Shown here one piece after another: positions 9,760 to 19,336 of a stretch of DNA of 64,000 nucleotides (positions are counted from its first letter, which is position 1; every line of letters begins with the position of its first letter). The position numbers and the translations under genes were made by a program. The DNA comes from Candidatus Aminicenantes bacterium (GTDB taxonomy: Bacteria > Acidobacteriota > Aminicenantia > Aminicenantales > CAVYOD01). The DNA is taken from contig OY969586.1 in the NCBI GenBank assembly GCA_963701305.1, forward strand, positions 345,360-409,359, read 5' to 3'. The notes under the pieces are model-generated. The model was given only the letters and a program-made list of their open reading frames with translations. It was not told where the DNA came from and ran no database searches.

Positions 9760-10820
9760 GGCCGAAAATGGAGATCCATTATGGGTTCGTCAATTATGGC
9801 GAGGAAAGAGAGCCCGAGCCGGGAGTCATCGTCCTGGATGTCGGGAAGAAAACCGTGCCCGGGGTCATTGACCACCACCACCCCAAGGCGGAGCCTGAAT
9901 GCACGGCCTCGCTCGTCGTCAAACATCCCTTCCTCGTCCTTGACCATCTGCGGACCTGGGTCACAGAGACCGAGGAACGGGGGGCTATCACCCTAAAAAT
10001 CATCACTCACCGCCTTCCGGACTTCGACTCGGTCGCCTCGATCTTCCTGGTCCTCAGGCTCATCGAGACCGGGACGATCGACGCGTCGATGGAAAAATTG
10101 GCCGCTTACACCAAGAAGGTGGATTCCGCATCCCTGCCCAAAGAAATTGACTTGACCTCCACGCCCTATTCCATCCTCCGCGCCCTCTTCGCCCGGATCA
10201 AGGGCGGAGAAGAAGAGGTTAATCGGGACAGGGTTGAGGAAGGCTTGAGGTTCATGAGATTTCTCCACTCAAAATCCGCCGAGGGCTATGACATCGTCCA
10301 AAACAAACCTCTTTTCTCAGGAGTGGAGAGGTTCGAGCGGGCGATCAGGAGGATCGAGGGTGACTACTTTTATTATCTCTCGGACCTCAGCCGGGCCGGG
10401 AGGACGGTCCTGGATCTGCCCCTCACTTCGGGGATAGGGATAAAAAAAGTGGATGCCCTCATCGTCAAAAACCCAAAAAGCCTGTTGCTCAAAGAATGGG
10501 CCAAGCGTGATCATGAAGCCTCATCGCTGGGCGATGGGTTCACGCTGATCGTCACCAACTTCGGGAACAGGCGCTATATCCTGGGGGTTGACCCAGAGAA
10601 GGGCGTCAACCTCAAGGGACTCGGAGATCTTTTGAACCAGGAAGAAGCCAAAAAAAGAACGGCCCAGCAGAGGCCCTTTCCCCTCTCCTGGTATGATGGC
10701 AATTGCCCCTTCTTTGATTTCAGGATCATAGATTCCCCTCAAGATGAAACCTCCCTCAGCCACGAAGAGATCGTCAGCGTTATCGTGGCCTTCGGCCGAG
10801 GAGTGCGCGGGACTTCCTGA
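9756..10820 (+). CDS. Hypothetical protein with DHH/Myg1-like motifs in rearranged order
   Basis: GTGA overlap with mutY; LDVG...IDHHH precedes THRLPDFDSVAS. Confidence 0.7.
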   Translation: MRPKMEIHYGFVNYGEEREPEPGVIVLDVGKKTVPGVIDHHHPKAEPECTASLVVKHPFLVLDHLRTWVTETEERGAITLKIITHRLPDFDSVASIFLVLRLIETGTIDASMEKLAAYTKKVDSASLPKEIDLTSTPYSILRALFARIKGGEEEVNRDRVEEGLRFMRFLHSKSAEGYDIVQNKPLFSGVERFERAIRRIEGDYFYYLSDLSRAGRTVLDLPLTSGIGIKKVDALIVKNPKSLLLKEWAKRDHEASSLGDGFTLIVTNFGNRRYILGVDPEKGVNLKGLGDLLNQEEAKKRTAQQRPFPLSWYDGNCPFFDFRIIDSPQDETSLSHEEIVSVIVAFGRGVRGTS

Positions 10821-10845
10821 GGCACAATCCGCTCCCGCGCCCGGT

Positions 10846-12024
10846 TCAAGTCAAATTGAGCGCTCTGTGCTTGGCGACAATCGTGTCGGCCAGTTTTTCC
10901 AGGGCCAGAAAGTCGTTCTCCCGAGGGTACCCCTTGCAGATGACGGGGGGCAGAATTTCCACTTTCAGGCCGGGGATCATTCCTGCGATTTGATCCACCG
11001 CCTTGCTGGCCCAACCATAGGAGCCGATGACCGAGGCAAACTTGATCTTCGGCCGGAGGGCGTTGGCCAGGTAGACGGCCGATACGACATGCGGGTGAGG
11101 TCCGACGTGAACGGTGGGACTTCCCAAGACGATGGTTGCCGCATCGACCAGGGCGATCGCCAACTTGCCGATATCAGCTCCGGCGAGGTTGAACTGTTCG
11201 ACGTTAACTCCTTTGGAGGCAAGAGAACTCACCAAGAACTGGACCATCTTGGCCGTGCTGCCGTGCATGGAAATATAGGGGATGACGGCGATATTTTTCG
11301 GCGCGTCGGAGACCCAATCTGCATACGCGTCGAGGATGAAGCTGGGCTTTGGGTAGATCGGGCCATGACTCGGCGCGATTATTTTGATATCCCGGCTTTT
11401 GACTTTCTCCAGGTTTTTCTGGATGATCGTCCGGAAAGGCATCATGATCTCGGCATAGTAGCGCTTGGCCGCTTCGTAGACTCGTCCTTCGTCATTGACG
11501 TAGAGGCTCGAGGTGGCCAGATGGGAACCGAAAAAGTCGCAACTGAAGAGGATGTTATCTTCTTTGAGGTAGGTCACCATCGTCTCCGGCCAGTGAACCC
11601 AGGGCGTATGAATAAACTCCAGGGTTTTGTTGCCCAGGGAGAGTGTGTCACCGTCTTCCACGGTTTTGAATTTCCCCTCGGGGATGAGGAGGTGGTCCAT
11701 GAGCATCCCTTTGGCTTTGGGAGAGCAGACCACCTGGGCTTTCGGATACTTTTCGAGCACGGTGGGTATCGATCCGGAGTGATCCTGCTCGGCATGATGA
11801 GAAATGACAAAGTCGACCTTGGGAATTCCTTCGAGCTGGGCCATCAGGACATCGGTCATGGTCGGGTCCACAGAATCCACCAAAACCATTTTCTCGCTGC
11901 CCCTGATCAAGTAGGCATTGTAGCTCGTTCCATCGGGGAGCGGAATGAGGGAATCGAACAGACGCCTGTCCCAGTCCACGGCGCCGGCTTTGATCACGTC
12001 TTTGTTGATTTCCAGAAGCTTCAT
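10846..12024 (-). CDS. fprA: Flavodiiron protein (FprA family)
   Basis: GTSYNAYL, HAEQDHSG, VHWPE, SCDFFG, PSHGP, and a C-terminal flavodoxin domain. Confidence 0.93.
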   Translation of the reverse strand: MKLLEINKDVIKAGAVDWDRRLFDSLIPLPDGTSYNAYLIRGSEKMVLVDSVDPTMTDVLMAQLEGIPKVDFVISHHAEQDHSGSIPTVLEKYPKAQVVCSPKAKGMLMDHLLIPEGKFKTVEDGDTLSLGNKTLEFIHTPWVHWPETMVTYLKEDNILFSCDFFGSHLATSSLYVNDEGRVYEAAKRYYAEIMMPFRTIIQKNLEKVKSRDIKIIAPSHGPIYPKPSFILDAYADWVSDAPKNIAVIPYISMHGSTAKMVQFLVSSLASKGVNVEQFNLAGADIGKLAIALVDAATIVLGSPTVHVGPHPHVVSAVYLANALRPKIKFASVIGSYGWASKAVDQIAGMIPGLKVEILPPVICKGYPRENDFLALEKLADTIVAKHRALNLT

Positions 12025-12181
12025 GTTGAGCCCTCCAAACATTTTGATGATTACCCTTTTATGATATCACAACTGTCCCGACGATCGAAGACAAAGGCCC
12101 CGGGCGGCGATCGAGGCAAAGATCCCCGTCGTGATCGGGCAACCGATCGAGGCTTGCTTCCGAGCTAGAGTGGTCCGGAAC

Positions 12182-12205
12182 GAGATGATGAGACGACGAG
12201 ATAGA
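12182..12205. repeat. 8-mer tandem array (GAGATGAC-type)
   Basis: GAGATGAT GAGACGAC GAGATAGA; related arrays occur elsewhere in the window. Confidence 0.65.
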
Positions 12206-12209
12206 CGTT

Positions 12210-12692
12210 TTAGTGTCCTCCCTTGCCGCTGATCTCTTGGATTTCGAGTCTCAATAAGCACACATTCTGATAGGCTTCATCGTTCGGAAAATTCCTTTTT
12301 CTGATGGGGTCGGGACACTCTTCGAGATGGCAGAGCAGCACGTCCAGGCCGTGTTTCTTTTCCTCCAGATCGTTCACGATCGAGATCTTTCCCCAGAAGA
12401 CGACCGACCGGTAAGCATGGGCACATTCATTCTTGAGATACCCCCTGTCCTCGATCACCGTAGCGCAAACCGAAGAATTGGAGCGGATGAATTCCAGTTT
12501 CAGGCCCTTGAAGGCGGTATGGAAGTAGAGGACATTCGCCGCCTGGTCATAGCCGTAGCTGAGAGTGACGACATAGGGTTCATTCAGGCGGCAGAGGGAA
12601 AGCACGGCGTATTTTCCTTGTTTTAGAATCCTCCGTATCTCCGCCGAGTCGCTGATTTCTCGCTCGAGTTTGTTCATGTGGTATCTGGGCAT
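12210..12692 (-). CDS. Pyridoxamine 5'-phosphate oxidase/NimA-like flavin-binding protein
   Basis: PYVVTLSYGY, LYFHTA..G.K, YRSVVFWG, ISGK. Confidence 0.88.
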   Translation of the reverse strand: MPRYHMNKLEREISDSAEIRRILKQGKYAVLSLCRLNEPYVVTLSYGYDQAANVLYFHTAFKGLKLEFIRSNSSVCATVIEDRGYLKNECAHAYRSVVFWGKISIVNDLEEKKHGLDVLLCHLEECPDPIRKRNFPNDEAYQNVCLLRLEIQEISGKGGH

Positions 12693-12715
12693 GGTGATCC
12701 TCCGGTCCGTCTTTT

Positions 12716-13174
12716 TCAGGTCTCTTCGCTTTTCCTCTTGGTGAAATAAATAATCCCTGGATGGCGTATGTAGCCGAGGTTTTCAAAGACGTCCATTGAA
12801 ACCGAATTGTTTTCTTCGATGAGGCAGGCCAAGATCTCGATGCCAAGCCGCCCCAGGCTCCCCTCGACCTCTTCGACCAATCTCCGGGCGAGGCCTCGCC
12901 TGCGATGATCCGTGGCGACAGCCAAGCGGTTGATCCAGCCTTTGCGGCTGTCATGGGTTCCGACGACTGTTCCGATCAGTTTGCCCTCGCTCTCGGCGAC
13001 AAGAAAACAGACCTGGGGCTGCCGGCTCTGATTTTCGAGGTTCGCGCGGCTGTCCCGTCCCGCAGGCTTGGAGGGTAGTTTAGCCTCCGCCCAAAGAGAA
13101 AGAACCTCAGGATAGTCTTTATCCTGGTACCTTCTCAAGATGATCTTGCCTGTCTTAAGCGGTTTTTTTGGCAT
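12716..13174 (-). CDS. GNAT acetyltransferase (YpeA-like)
   Basis: HDSRKGWINRLAV..HRRRGLA acetyl-CoA motif. Confidence 0.88.
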   Translation of the reverse strand: MPKKPLKTGKIILRRYQDKDYPEVLSLWAEAKLPSKPAGRDSRANLENQSRQPQVCFLVAESEGKLIGTVVGTHDSRKGWINRLAVATDHRRRGLARRLVEEVEGSLGRLGIEILACLIEENNSVSMDVFENLGYIRHPGIIYFTKRKSEET

Positions 13175-13211
13175 CAAACTGAATTCCTCCTCCCGGGGCT
13201 CGGAAAAATAT

Positions 13212-13856
13212 CTAGCGGACAACAGCCGCCACGGCGGCAACGATGACGGCCACCGTGACGAGACTGGACAGCAGAGCTCTCAATAAACCCGCCTTTTGGA
13301 CAGACGAGGCTGCCGCGGCGAAGAGGAGGAACATCCAGAAGACGGCCAAGATTGGACAGAACAGGGCGAAAGACTGCCAGAATCCCGGAGTGGAGAGAGT
13401 GTCGACCAACTCGGCCTGGCTCATTCCCAGAAGCATCAAGAATGCCGCCGCCGTCGCGGGGAGCCAGATCATAAAGAGAGGCAACGTGATCGCGAACCCC
13501 GCCGCGGCGAGGTTCTTTGCAAAACCGGGCCTGGCCTCGGCTCTAGGACTGTGTCCAAGCAAGTGGGACGTTGCGGCTGACAGAATCCAGGCCAAGAGGA
13601 GAGTTGGGAGGATAAAGAAGATCTCCCAGAAATAGAAATTCTGCGCGGAAATCGGGATCCAGGACGGGATCATGGGCACGGCTCCGGAGACGGCAAATCC
13701 GGCAACGGTCAGTGTGTAAAGCAGGGCGATCAGGAGGACGGATTTGAAACCCTGGGCCGGCGACCGTGGCTGCTCCGTGAGCTTCCGAAAAGCCCGATGG
13801 GGAAAAAAGATGGTTCCGAAAAAGTAATACCAAAAAGATTTCGCGCTTCCTTCCAT
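13212..13856 (-). CDS. Yip1-like multi-pass membrane protein
   Basis: Five hydrophobic helices; N-terminal P.RAFRKL motif. Confidence 0.6.
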   Translation of the reverse strand: MEGSAKSFWYYFFGTIFFPHRAFRKLTEQPRSPAQGFKSVLLIALLYTLTVAGFAVSGAVPMIPSWIPISAQNFYFWEIFFILPTLLLAWILSAATSHLLGHSPRAEARPGFAKNLAAAGFAITLPLFMIWLPATAAAFLMLLGMSQAELVDTLSTPGFWQSFALFCPILAVFWMFLLFAAAASSVQKAGLLRALLSSLVTVAVIVAAVAAVVR

Positions 13857-14366
13857 CTCTTCACCTCAAGGCAGCACCTGGATGCCAAAATCGAAGGAAA
13901 TCTTATATCTCAGGTTAAACAGGCCTGTCAACATCCAGTAGGCTCTATAACGAATAGTGTGGTTGCGGGCTGGGCGAAGGCGTGAAAGGGCTCAATCGGC
14001 CGAAGCGACCATTGAAAGTTTAGCCATCCGGAGGCGCTTTTCGAGGGGACCTTTTTCTTGGCGGGCGGCGAGGATGTTTGAGCGGCACATGATGAACGTC
14101 CCCTGGGGGCGGAGGATGACTCGGACATCTTCGAGCCAGAGAGATCTGTAGGAGCGAGTTCCGCAGCCGCCGAGAAAGGGTCGACGGAGCGGCGTTAAAA
14201 ACCTGAATGGGAGAGAGGTCGATTGCGCCTGATAAAGTCACCGTCGTTCTTAGCGCACTTTTCGTCACAGAGCCCATCCAGCAGCGAGCCGTGAGCACGC
14301 TGCAAGCCAAATGGAGTTGTGATGGAGAGATGGCAAGAAAGACCAGAAGGACGAATTTTATGACGT

Positions 14367-16601
14367 CTATTCGCGGGCGACAACGACCCGGCCGCGACCG
14401 GACTTCTTCGCCCGAAACAGGGCGGCGTCGGCGGACTGGAGCACATCGACGGCCGACTCTCCGTCGTCCGGAAAAACAGCCACCCCCATCGAAAGGGAGA
14501 TCGGGCCGAGTGTCTTCTGATGATACTCTGCTTTGAGCGTAGGGGATGTCTCAACCAGGTCAAAGGCCCTTTTCCTGGTGATCCCGAGGGAAGCGCCCGG
14601 CAGGATGACCAGCACCTCATCCCCCCCGAAGCGGCAAACCACGTCCTCTTTCCGAACGTTAGTCAGAAGGAACTGGCCCAGCACCTTGAGCATCAGGTCA
14701 CCCGCTTCATGCCCGAAGTTATCATTGAACTCCTTGAAATGGTCGATATCCAGCATGATCATCCCCACCGATTCCCCCGTCCGAGAGGCCCGGGAAATCT
14801 CCCGGTCCAGGGTCTCTTCCATATAGCGCCGGTTGAATAATCCTGTTAATGGATCACGGATGGACTGCTGCCGCAGCTTTTCGCTCAGCCTGAGGTTGTT
14901 GAGGGCCATCGCGATCCGCTGACCGAAGTTGAGAGCGAGCTGTTTTTTGAGTCTTCTGACTTGTCCGCTGTCCATGGAGTTGATTTTTTGACCCTGGATG
15001 TCCCCCCCGGCATCGAGTTGAATGTGCAAAAGCCCGAGGGTCTCGTCATGCGAAAACAGGGGGAGACAGATGTAAGGCGAAAAAGGCTGGCCGTTGGTCT
15101 TAACATGCCGGCAGACAAGGCCCAAATCGGGTCCCTCGACATAATAGGGTTTGGTCTTGCGGAGCGCCCAACAGTCGTCGGGCATCATCGCCTCTGTCTT
15201 GGGGGCGAATTTGCCCCAGGTGCGGGCCGGCTCAAGAGTATTTCTGGAGTTCTTGAAGATATAAAGAGCCCCAGACTCTCCGGGAAAGAGCCTCAGCGCA
15301 TAAAAACCGACGAAATCGTCAAGTTCCTTTTCGTTTTTGCAGGTCTGGAAGGAGTCATAAAGCTCGCTCAGCAGGACCATCTCCGTGTTTCGCTGCTCGA
15401 GCTCCTCGATGGATAGGCGGAACCTCTCGTTGGCCTCCTTCAATGACTTTTCAGATTTCTTGCGCTCGGTAATATCATAAAAAACACCAAGGGACCCGGA
15501 GTAATTCCTGTCCTTGTCTAGTCTTGGAATGGCGGCGACCAGGATGATGCGCTCTTCTCCGGTCGGCCGAACAATCTTGATTTCATAGGCATTTCTTTCA
15601 CCTCGCCGGCGCCTTTCTGTTTGGACCCGGATGAGCGCAAACTGCCCCGGAGTGGTGAACTCCTGGAGCGTGCGTCCGACCAGGCCGATCGTCTCCGCTC
15701 CGAAAATCTTTTCCGCCGCCGGATTGGCAAAGATGAATTTTTCTTGGGGATCGGCAATACAGATTCCCTCGCTCAGACTCTCCACGATGCTCCGGACAAA
15801 TTCTTCGCTTTGCTTGAGCGCCTCTTCAGCATTCTGGCGCTCAAGATTTTCCGACAGGAGTTCTTTCGTCCTCTCTTCGACTTTTTTCTCGAGGGTCAGA
15901 TGAGCCTCCCGGAGGTGGTCGACCATCGTGTTGAAGGCGGCGCCGAGTCTCCCGACTTCATCCTGCCCGACCACGGAAGCCCTCCGGGTCAAATCCCCCT
16001 TGGCAATCTGATTCGCGGCCTCAGCGACCCGGCGCAGGGGCCTGGTGATAAGGCTGCTCATGATGAAAATGGCCGATACGCCCAACAAGAAAATGATGAG
16101 GCTGAAAAAGATGATCTTACGGCGGACCGCTTCAATTCCCTGGAAGACTTTTGCCAGAGAAAGAGCCAGGTAGAGATGTCCGATCGTTTTGCCGTTATAA
16201 AAGATGGGGCTGTCGGCGCGGATGATCAAACCCTCGGCCGGGCCGCCGGGTACGGCCTCTTTAGGGTTAAAACCTTCCGGCCTGACGCTTGGATAAGAGG
16301 CTAAGAGCTTGCCGTCTTCATCAACCACGGCGATCGCAGCAAGATCCTTGTTCCGTCGAACGCTGAGAAGAATCTCGTTGATTGTTTGAAAATCGTTGAA
16401 GTACAAGACCGGGCTCAAGCTGTAGGCGGTCATGAGAGTGATGCTCTGGGCCTTGTCCTGAGCCGCAGCCAGGGCTTGTTGCTTATGGCTCTGAAGCTCC
16501 ATGATCGAGGTCACAAAGCTGAAGCCCATGATGACAGGAAGCAAAACAAGCAAGAGCTTGGTGCTGATCTTCTGGGCCCTGAACAATTGCACTATCTTCA
16601 T
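14367..16601 (-). CDS. Membrane diguanylate cyclase (periplasmic sensor-HAMP-PAS-GAF-like-GGDEF), YfiN-like
   Basis: Two TM segments, HAMP DEVGRL, PAS, DPLTGLFNRR, DIDHFK, I-site RKED, active site GGDEV. Confidence 0.9.
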   Translation of the reverse strand: MKIVQLFRAQKISTKLLLVLLPVIMGFSFVTSIMELQSHKQQALAAAQDKAQSITLMTAYSLSPVLYFNDFQTINEILLSVRRNKDLAAIAVVDEDGKLLASYPSVRPEGFNPKEAVPGGPAEGLIIRADSPIFYNGKTIGHLYLALSLAKVFQGIEAVRRKIIFFSLIIFLLGVSAIFIMSSLITRPLRRVAEAANQIAKGDLTRRASVVGQDEVGRLGAAFNTMVDHLREAHLTLEKKVEERTKELLSENLERQNAEEALKQSEEFVRSIVESLSEGICIADPQEKFIFANPAAEKIFGAETIGLVGRTLQEFTTPGQFALIRVQTERRRRGERNAYEIKIVRPTGEERIILVAAIPRLDKDRNYSGSLGVFYDITERKKSEKSLKEANERFRLSIEELEQRNTEMVLLSELYDSFQTCKNEKELDDFVGFYALRLFPGESGALYIFKNSRNTLEPARTWGKFAPKTEAMMPDDCWALRKTKPYYVEGPDLGLVCRHVKTNGQPFSPYICLPLFSHDETLGLLHIQLDAGGDIQGQKINSMDSGQVRRLKKQLALNFGQRIAMALNNLRLSEKLRQQSIRDPLTGLFNRRYMEETLDREISRASRTGESVGMIMLDIDHFKEFNDNFGHEAGDLMLKVLGQFLLTNVRKEDVVCRFGGDEVLVILPGASLGITRKRAFDLVETSPTLKAEYHQKTLGPISLSMGVAVFPDDGESAVDVLQSADAALFRAKKSGRGRVVVARE

Positions 16602-16605
16602 AGTC

Positions 16606-17232
16606 CTATCTTGATTTCCCCTCAACGACCCGCACCAGGCGAAGAAGTTTCGAGCTGAAATCAGTTCCTTCGGCCTTGGCGCTGGGGAGGTTGACGATAA
16701 TGCCCAATTTTCCTCCTTGGAGGTCAAACCCGAAGGAGATTCCCCTTTCGATATAACTCGGAACGCCCGTCAAACTCATAATTCTCATTGCCTGACACAC
16801 GGAGGCAATCACTCCGACATCTAAATTTCCCATCGGGGCTACGTAGAGAATGTTGACATGCTCTTTCTGAAGTTGGGCGGCCAGTCCTCCTTCTTCCTTG
16901 ACTCCGATCGGGACAAACCGGACCGGCAGATCGCCGACTTTTTGATTGCCGAGTTCGGAGGCGGCCTTCAGGAGCGCGTCCTTGGTTTTCAGTGATTCCT
17001 GGTATCCGCTCTCGTAGGCGATGCCCAGGACGATCTCGTTCCCTGCCCTTTTTTTCAGGTTCCGGTCAAAAGTCAGAATCTTGAGGAGGAGTTGATATTG
17101 AAGATCGAGAGGTACCGTGATTCCCTCGACGCTTTCCTCGTTTTTTGCGTAGAGAGGCCGTGGACGTCCAACAATCCCAGCCGCCAAGCTGAGCACGAGC
17201 AAACAGGTTAAACCTTCCCTTGCCAATTTCAT
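16606..17232 (-). CDS. YfiR family (DUF4154) periplasmic protein (start uncertain)
   Basis: Signal peptide; C-terminal VNL..AKAEG.DFSSKLLRL; directly upstream of the cyclase gene. Confidence 0.78.
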   Translation of the reverse strand: MKLAREGLTCLLVLSLAAGIVGRPRPLYAKNEESVEGITVPLDLQYQLLLKILTFDRNLKKRAGNEIVLGIAYESGYQESLKTKDALLKAASELGNQKVGDLPVRFVPIGVKEEGGLAAQLQKEHVNILYVAPMGNLDVGVIASVCQAMRIMSLTGVPSYIERGISFGFDLQGGKLGIIVNLPSAKAEGTDFSSKLLRLVRVVEGKSR

Positions 17233-17469
17233 TCTTGCTTCAGCAAAAGACTCCTTCATCGCAGGGTGAATCGCGCCATTTTGAGACGCATGCTCCAGGT
17301 CTCTGATCATATTATGGAGAGTCACTTTGACTTTGACTATGCCCCCTGCCGGTGAATCCGGGGGTGATTTTTGCCGGCTATTTTTCACCTTTCGGGAGGA
17401 AGGGACCAGGGCAGAGTCGACGAATCAGGGGCGGACCCCAATACTGAATGTGTCTTCGGAATAAAGGAA

Positions 17470-17560
17470 CGGAGAGGGTGGGATTCGAACCCACGGTCCC
17501 AGCATTCACTAGGACAATCGCTTAGCAGGCGATCCTGATCGACCACTCCAGCACCTCTCC
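17470..17560 (-). tRNA. tRNA-Ser(GCT)
   Basis: GGAGAGG acceptor stem, anticodon arm ATCGC-CT-GCT-AA-GCGAT, long variable arm, GGTTCGAATCC; CCA not encoded. Confidence 0.96.
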
Positions 17561-17769
17561 GTGCTTGGGTGATGGCGGTATTCTAGCATTTTTCCCCGCG
17601 GAAAAAAACCGGGGAATCTTCCGCGCTTCTAAATGTGCGGCCTCGGAGGTTAAGTAAGAGTTGTTCGGAGACACGTACCCAGAAATAATCTTATGATTAT
17701 TAATCCCCCCTTCCCACCTGGGTCAATCAAGGGGGCCATGAATAGCGTACGTCTCTCCGACGGCAGGTA

Positions 17770-17856
17770 CGGAGGGAGAGGGATTCGAACCCCCGTTCCG
17801 GTGAACCGGAAAGCGGTTTTCAAGACCGCCGCCTTAAACCACTCGGCCATCCCTCC
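17770..17856 (-). tRNA. tRNA-Ser(TGA)
   Basis: GGAGGGATGGCCGAGTGGTTTAAGGC, anticodon arm GCGGT-CT-TGA-AA-ACCGC, long variable arm, GGTTCGAATCC; CCA not encoded. Confidence 0.96.
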
Positions 17857-17879
17857 AGTTATTTATGAGTTTTCGCATC

Positions 17880-19163
17880 TCACGGCTCACGCCGCACTAT
17901 CTTCTCTTGACCGTCCATATAGGGACGCAGGGCGCCGGGGACAATGACCGAGCCGTCCTTCTGCTGAAAACTCTCCAGGATGGCGCTGACCGTCCTCCCC
18001 AGAGCCAGCCCGGAGCCGTTGAGCGTATGAGCAAACTCGATTTTCCCCTTAGGCTCGCGCTTGAACCGGATGTTAGCGCGCCGGGCCTGAAAGTCAAGGC
18101 AGTTGGAACAAGAGGAAATTTCCATGAACTTGTTCCGGGAGGCCATCCAGACTTCGAGGTCATAGGTTTTGGCGCTGGCAAAGCCCAGATCCGCGGTGCA
18201 AAGAATTACGACCCGGTAGTGGAGACCCAGCCTTTTGAGGACTTCCTCGGCGGCAGCGGTCATCCTCTCCAATTCCTCAAAAGAGGCCTCGGGCAAGGTG
18301 AAGGACATCAACTCGACCTTGTTGAACTGATGCTGGCGGATGAGCCCCCGAATGTCTTTGCCGTAGGAGCCTGCCTCACTCCGGAAGCATGGAGTATAGG
18401 CGACAAACCTCTGGGGCAGCAAGGCCGCTTCCAGGATCTCCTCTCGGTAGATGTTGGTGAGCGGGACCTCGGCCGTGGGGATCAAATACCAGTGACGGCC
18501 CCGGAGTTTGAAAAGATCCTTCTCGAATTTGGGCAGATTTCCGGTGCCGGTCAGGCTCTCCGCGTTGGCGATGAACGGGGGAATCACTTCCGTGTACCCC
18601 CTCTCTCTGGTGTGGAGGTCAAGCATGAAGTTGATCAGGGCCCGCTCGAGCCTGGCACCCGCCCCGAAATAGACGGCAAACCGGGACCCGGCGATTTTCG
18701 CCGCTCGCTCGAAATCGAGGATGGCCAGCCTGCGGCCGATTTCCCAGTGAGGTTCGGGCGGAAAAGAGAACTCGGGTTTCTCCCCGAACCGCCGCACCTC
18801 GACGTTGTCCTCGGATCCCCTGCCTTCCGGAACCGATTCATGGGGGATGTTGGGAAGGCCGAGGAGGACCTTTTTTAGCTTCTCGTCGACGAGCTTGAGC
18901 TCATCCTCACGGAGTTTGATTTCCTCCGAGACTTTCCTCATCTCGGCGATCAGAGGGGAGGCGTCTTTTCCCTCCTTTTTCCATTGAGAAATCAGCTCAG
19001 AGTTCTTGTTCCGCTCAAACCGAAGTTCCTCGGTTTTGCGAAGCTTCTCTTTCTTTTCCCGGGCCTGCCGGACGAACTCGTCCAGGTTTAGCTTCTGTCC
19101 CCGCAGCGAGAGCCTCTGAATGACAAAATCCAGATTTTCCAGGACGAATTTTTGGTCTAACAT
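17880..19163 (-). CDS. serS: Serine--tRNA ligase
   Basis: [43 protein letters not shown]. Confidence 0.98.
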   Translation of the reverse strand: MLDQKFVLENLDFVIQRLSLRGQKLNLDEFVRQAREKKEKLRKTEELRFERNKNSELISQWKKEGKDASPLIAEMRKVSEEIKLREDELKLVDEKLKKVLLGLPNIPHESVPEGRGSEDNVEVRRFGEKPEFSFPPEPHWEIGRRLAILDFERAAKIAGSRFAVYFGAGARLERALINFMLDLHTRERGYTEVIPPFIANAESLTGTGNLPKFEKDLFKLRGRHWYLIPTAEVPLTNIYREEILEAALLPQRFVAYTPCFRSEAGSYGKDIRGLIRQHQFNKVELMSFTLPEASFEELERMTAAAEEVLKRLGLHYRVVILCTADLGFASAKTYDLEVWMASRNKFMEISSCSNCLDFQARRANIRFKREPKGKIEFAHTLNGSGLALGRTVSAILESFQQKDGSVIVPGALRPYMDGQEKIVRREP

Positions 19164-19170
19164 GCTGGCA

Positions 19171-19179
19171 ATTATAACA
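19171..19179 (-). promoter_or_regulatory. Extended -10 promoter predicting leaderless serS mRNA
   Basis: TGTTATAAT, 7 nt, then ATG on the minus strand; no SD sequence. Confidence 0.7.
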
Positions 19180-19336
19180 CAAAAAAGGGCGGTCGGTTAC
19201 CGCATCTGCGTTTATCTCATCATCTGGTCCTTCTCGCCACAAGAAAACTGGAGATCTTAATCAGCGCCTCCTGTTTCGGTTGTTTTTGACGAAATAGGTG
19301 AGATGGACGAGAAGACAAAAATCAACGGTAAGCAAA

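Noticed and set aside
13870-14366. A start-less minus-strand frame (..LWLEDVRVILRPQGTFIMCRSN..) faintly like a methyltransferase fragment, plus several short overlapping ORFs
   Set aside because: It has no start, SD or convincing motif, so it cannot be supported without a search.
17650-17850. ORF beginning MAEWFKAAVLK
   Set aside because: It is a translation of the tRNA-Ser(TGA) gene.
17290-17880. tRNA-Ser genes as an integration site for a prophage or island
   Set aside because: I saw no integrase, no duplicated tRNA 3' end and no phage genes in the window.
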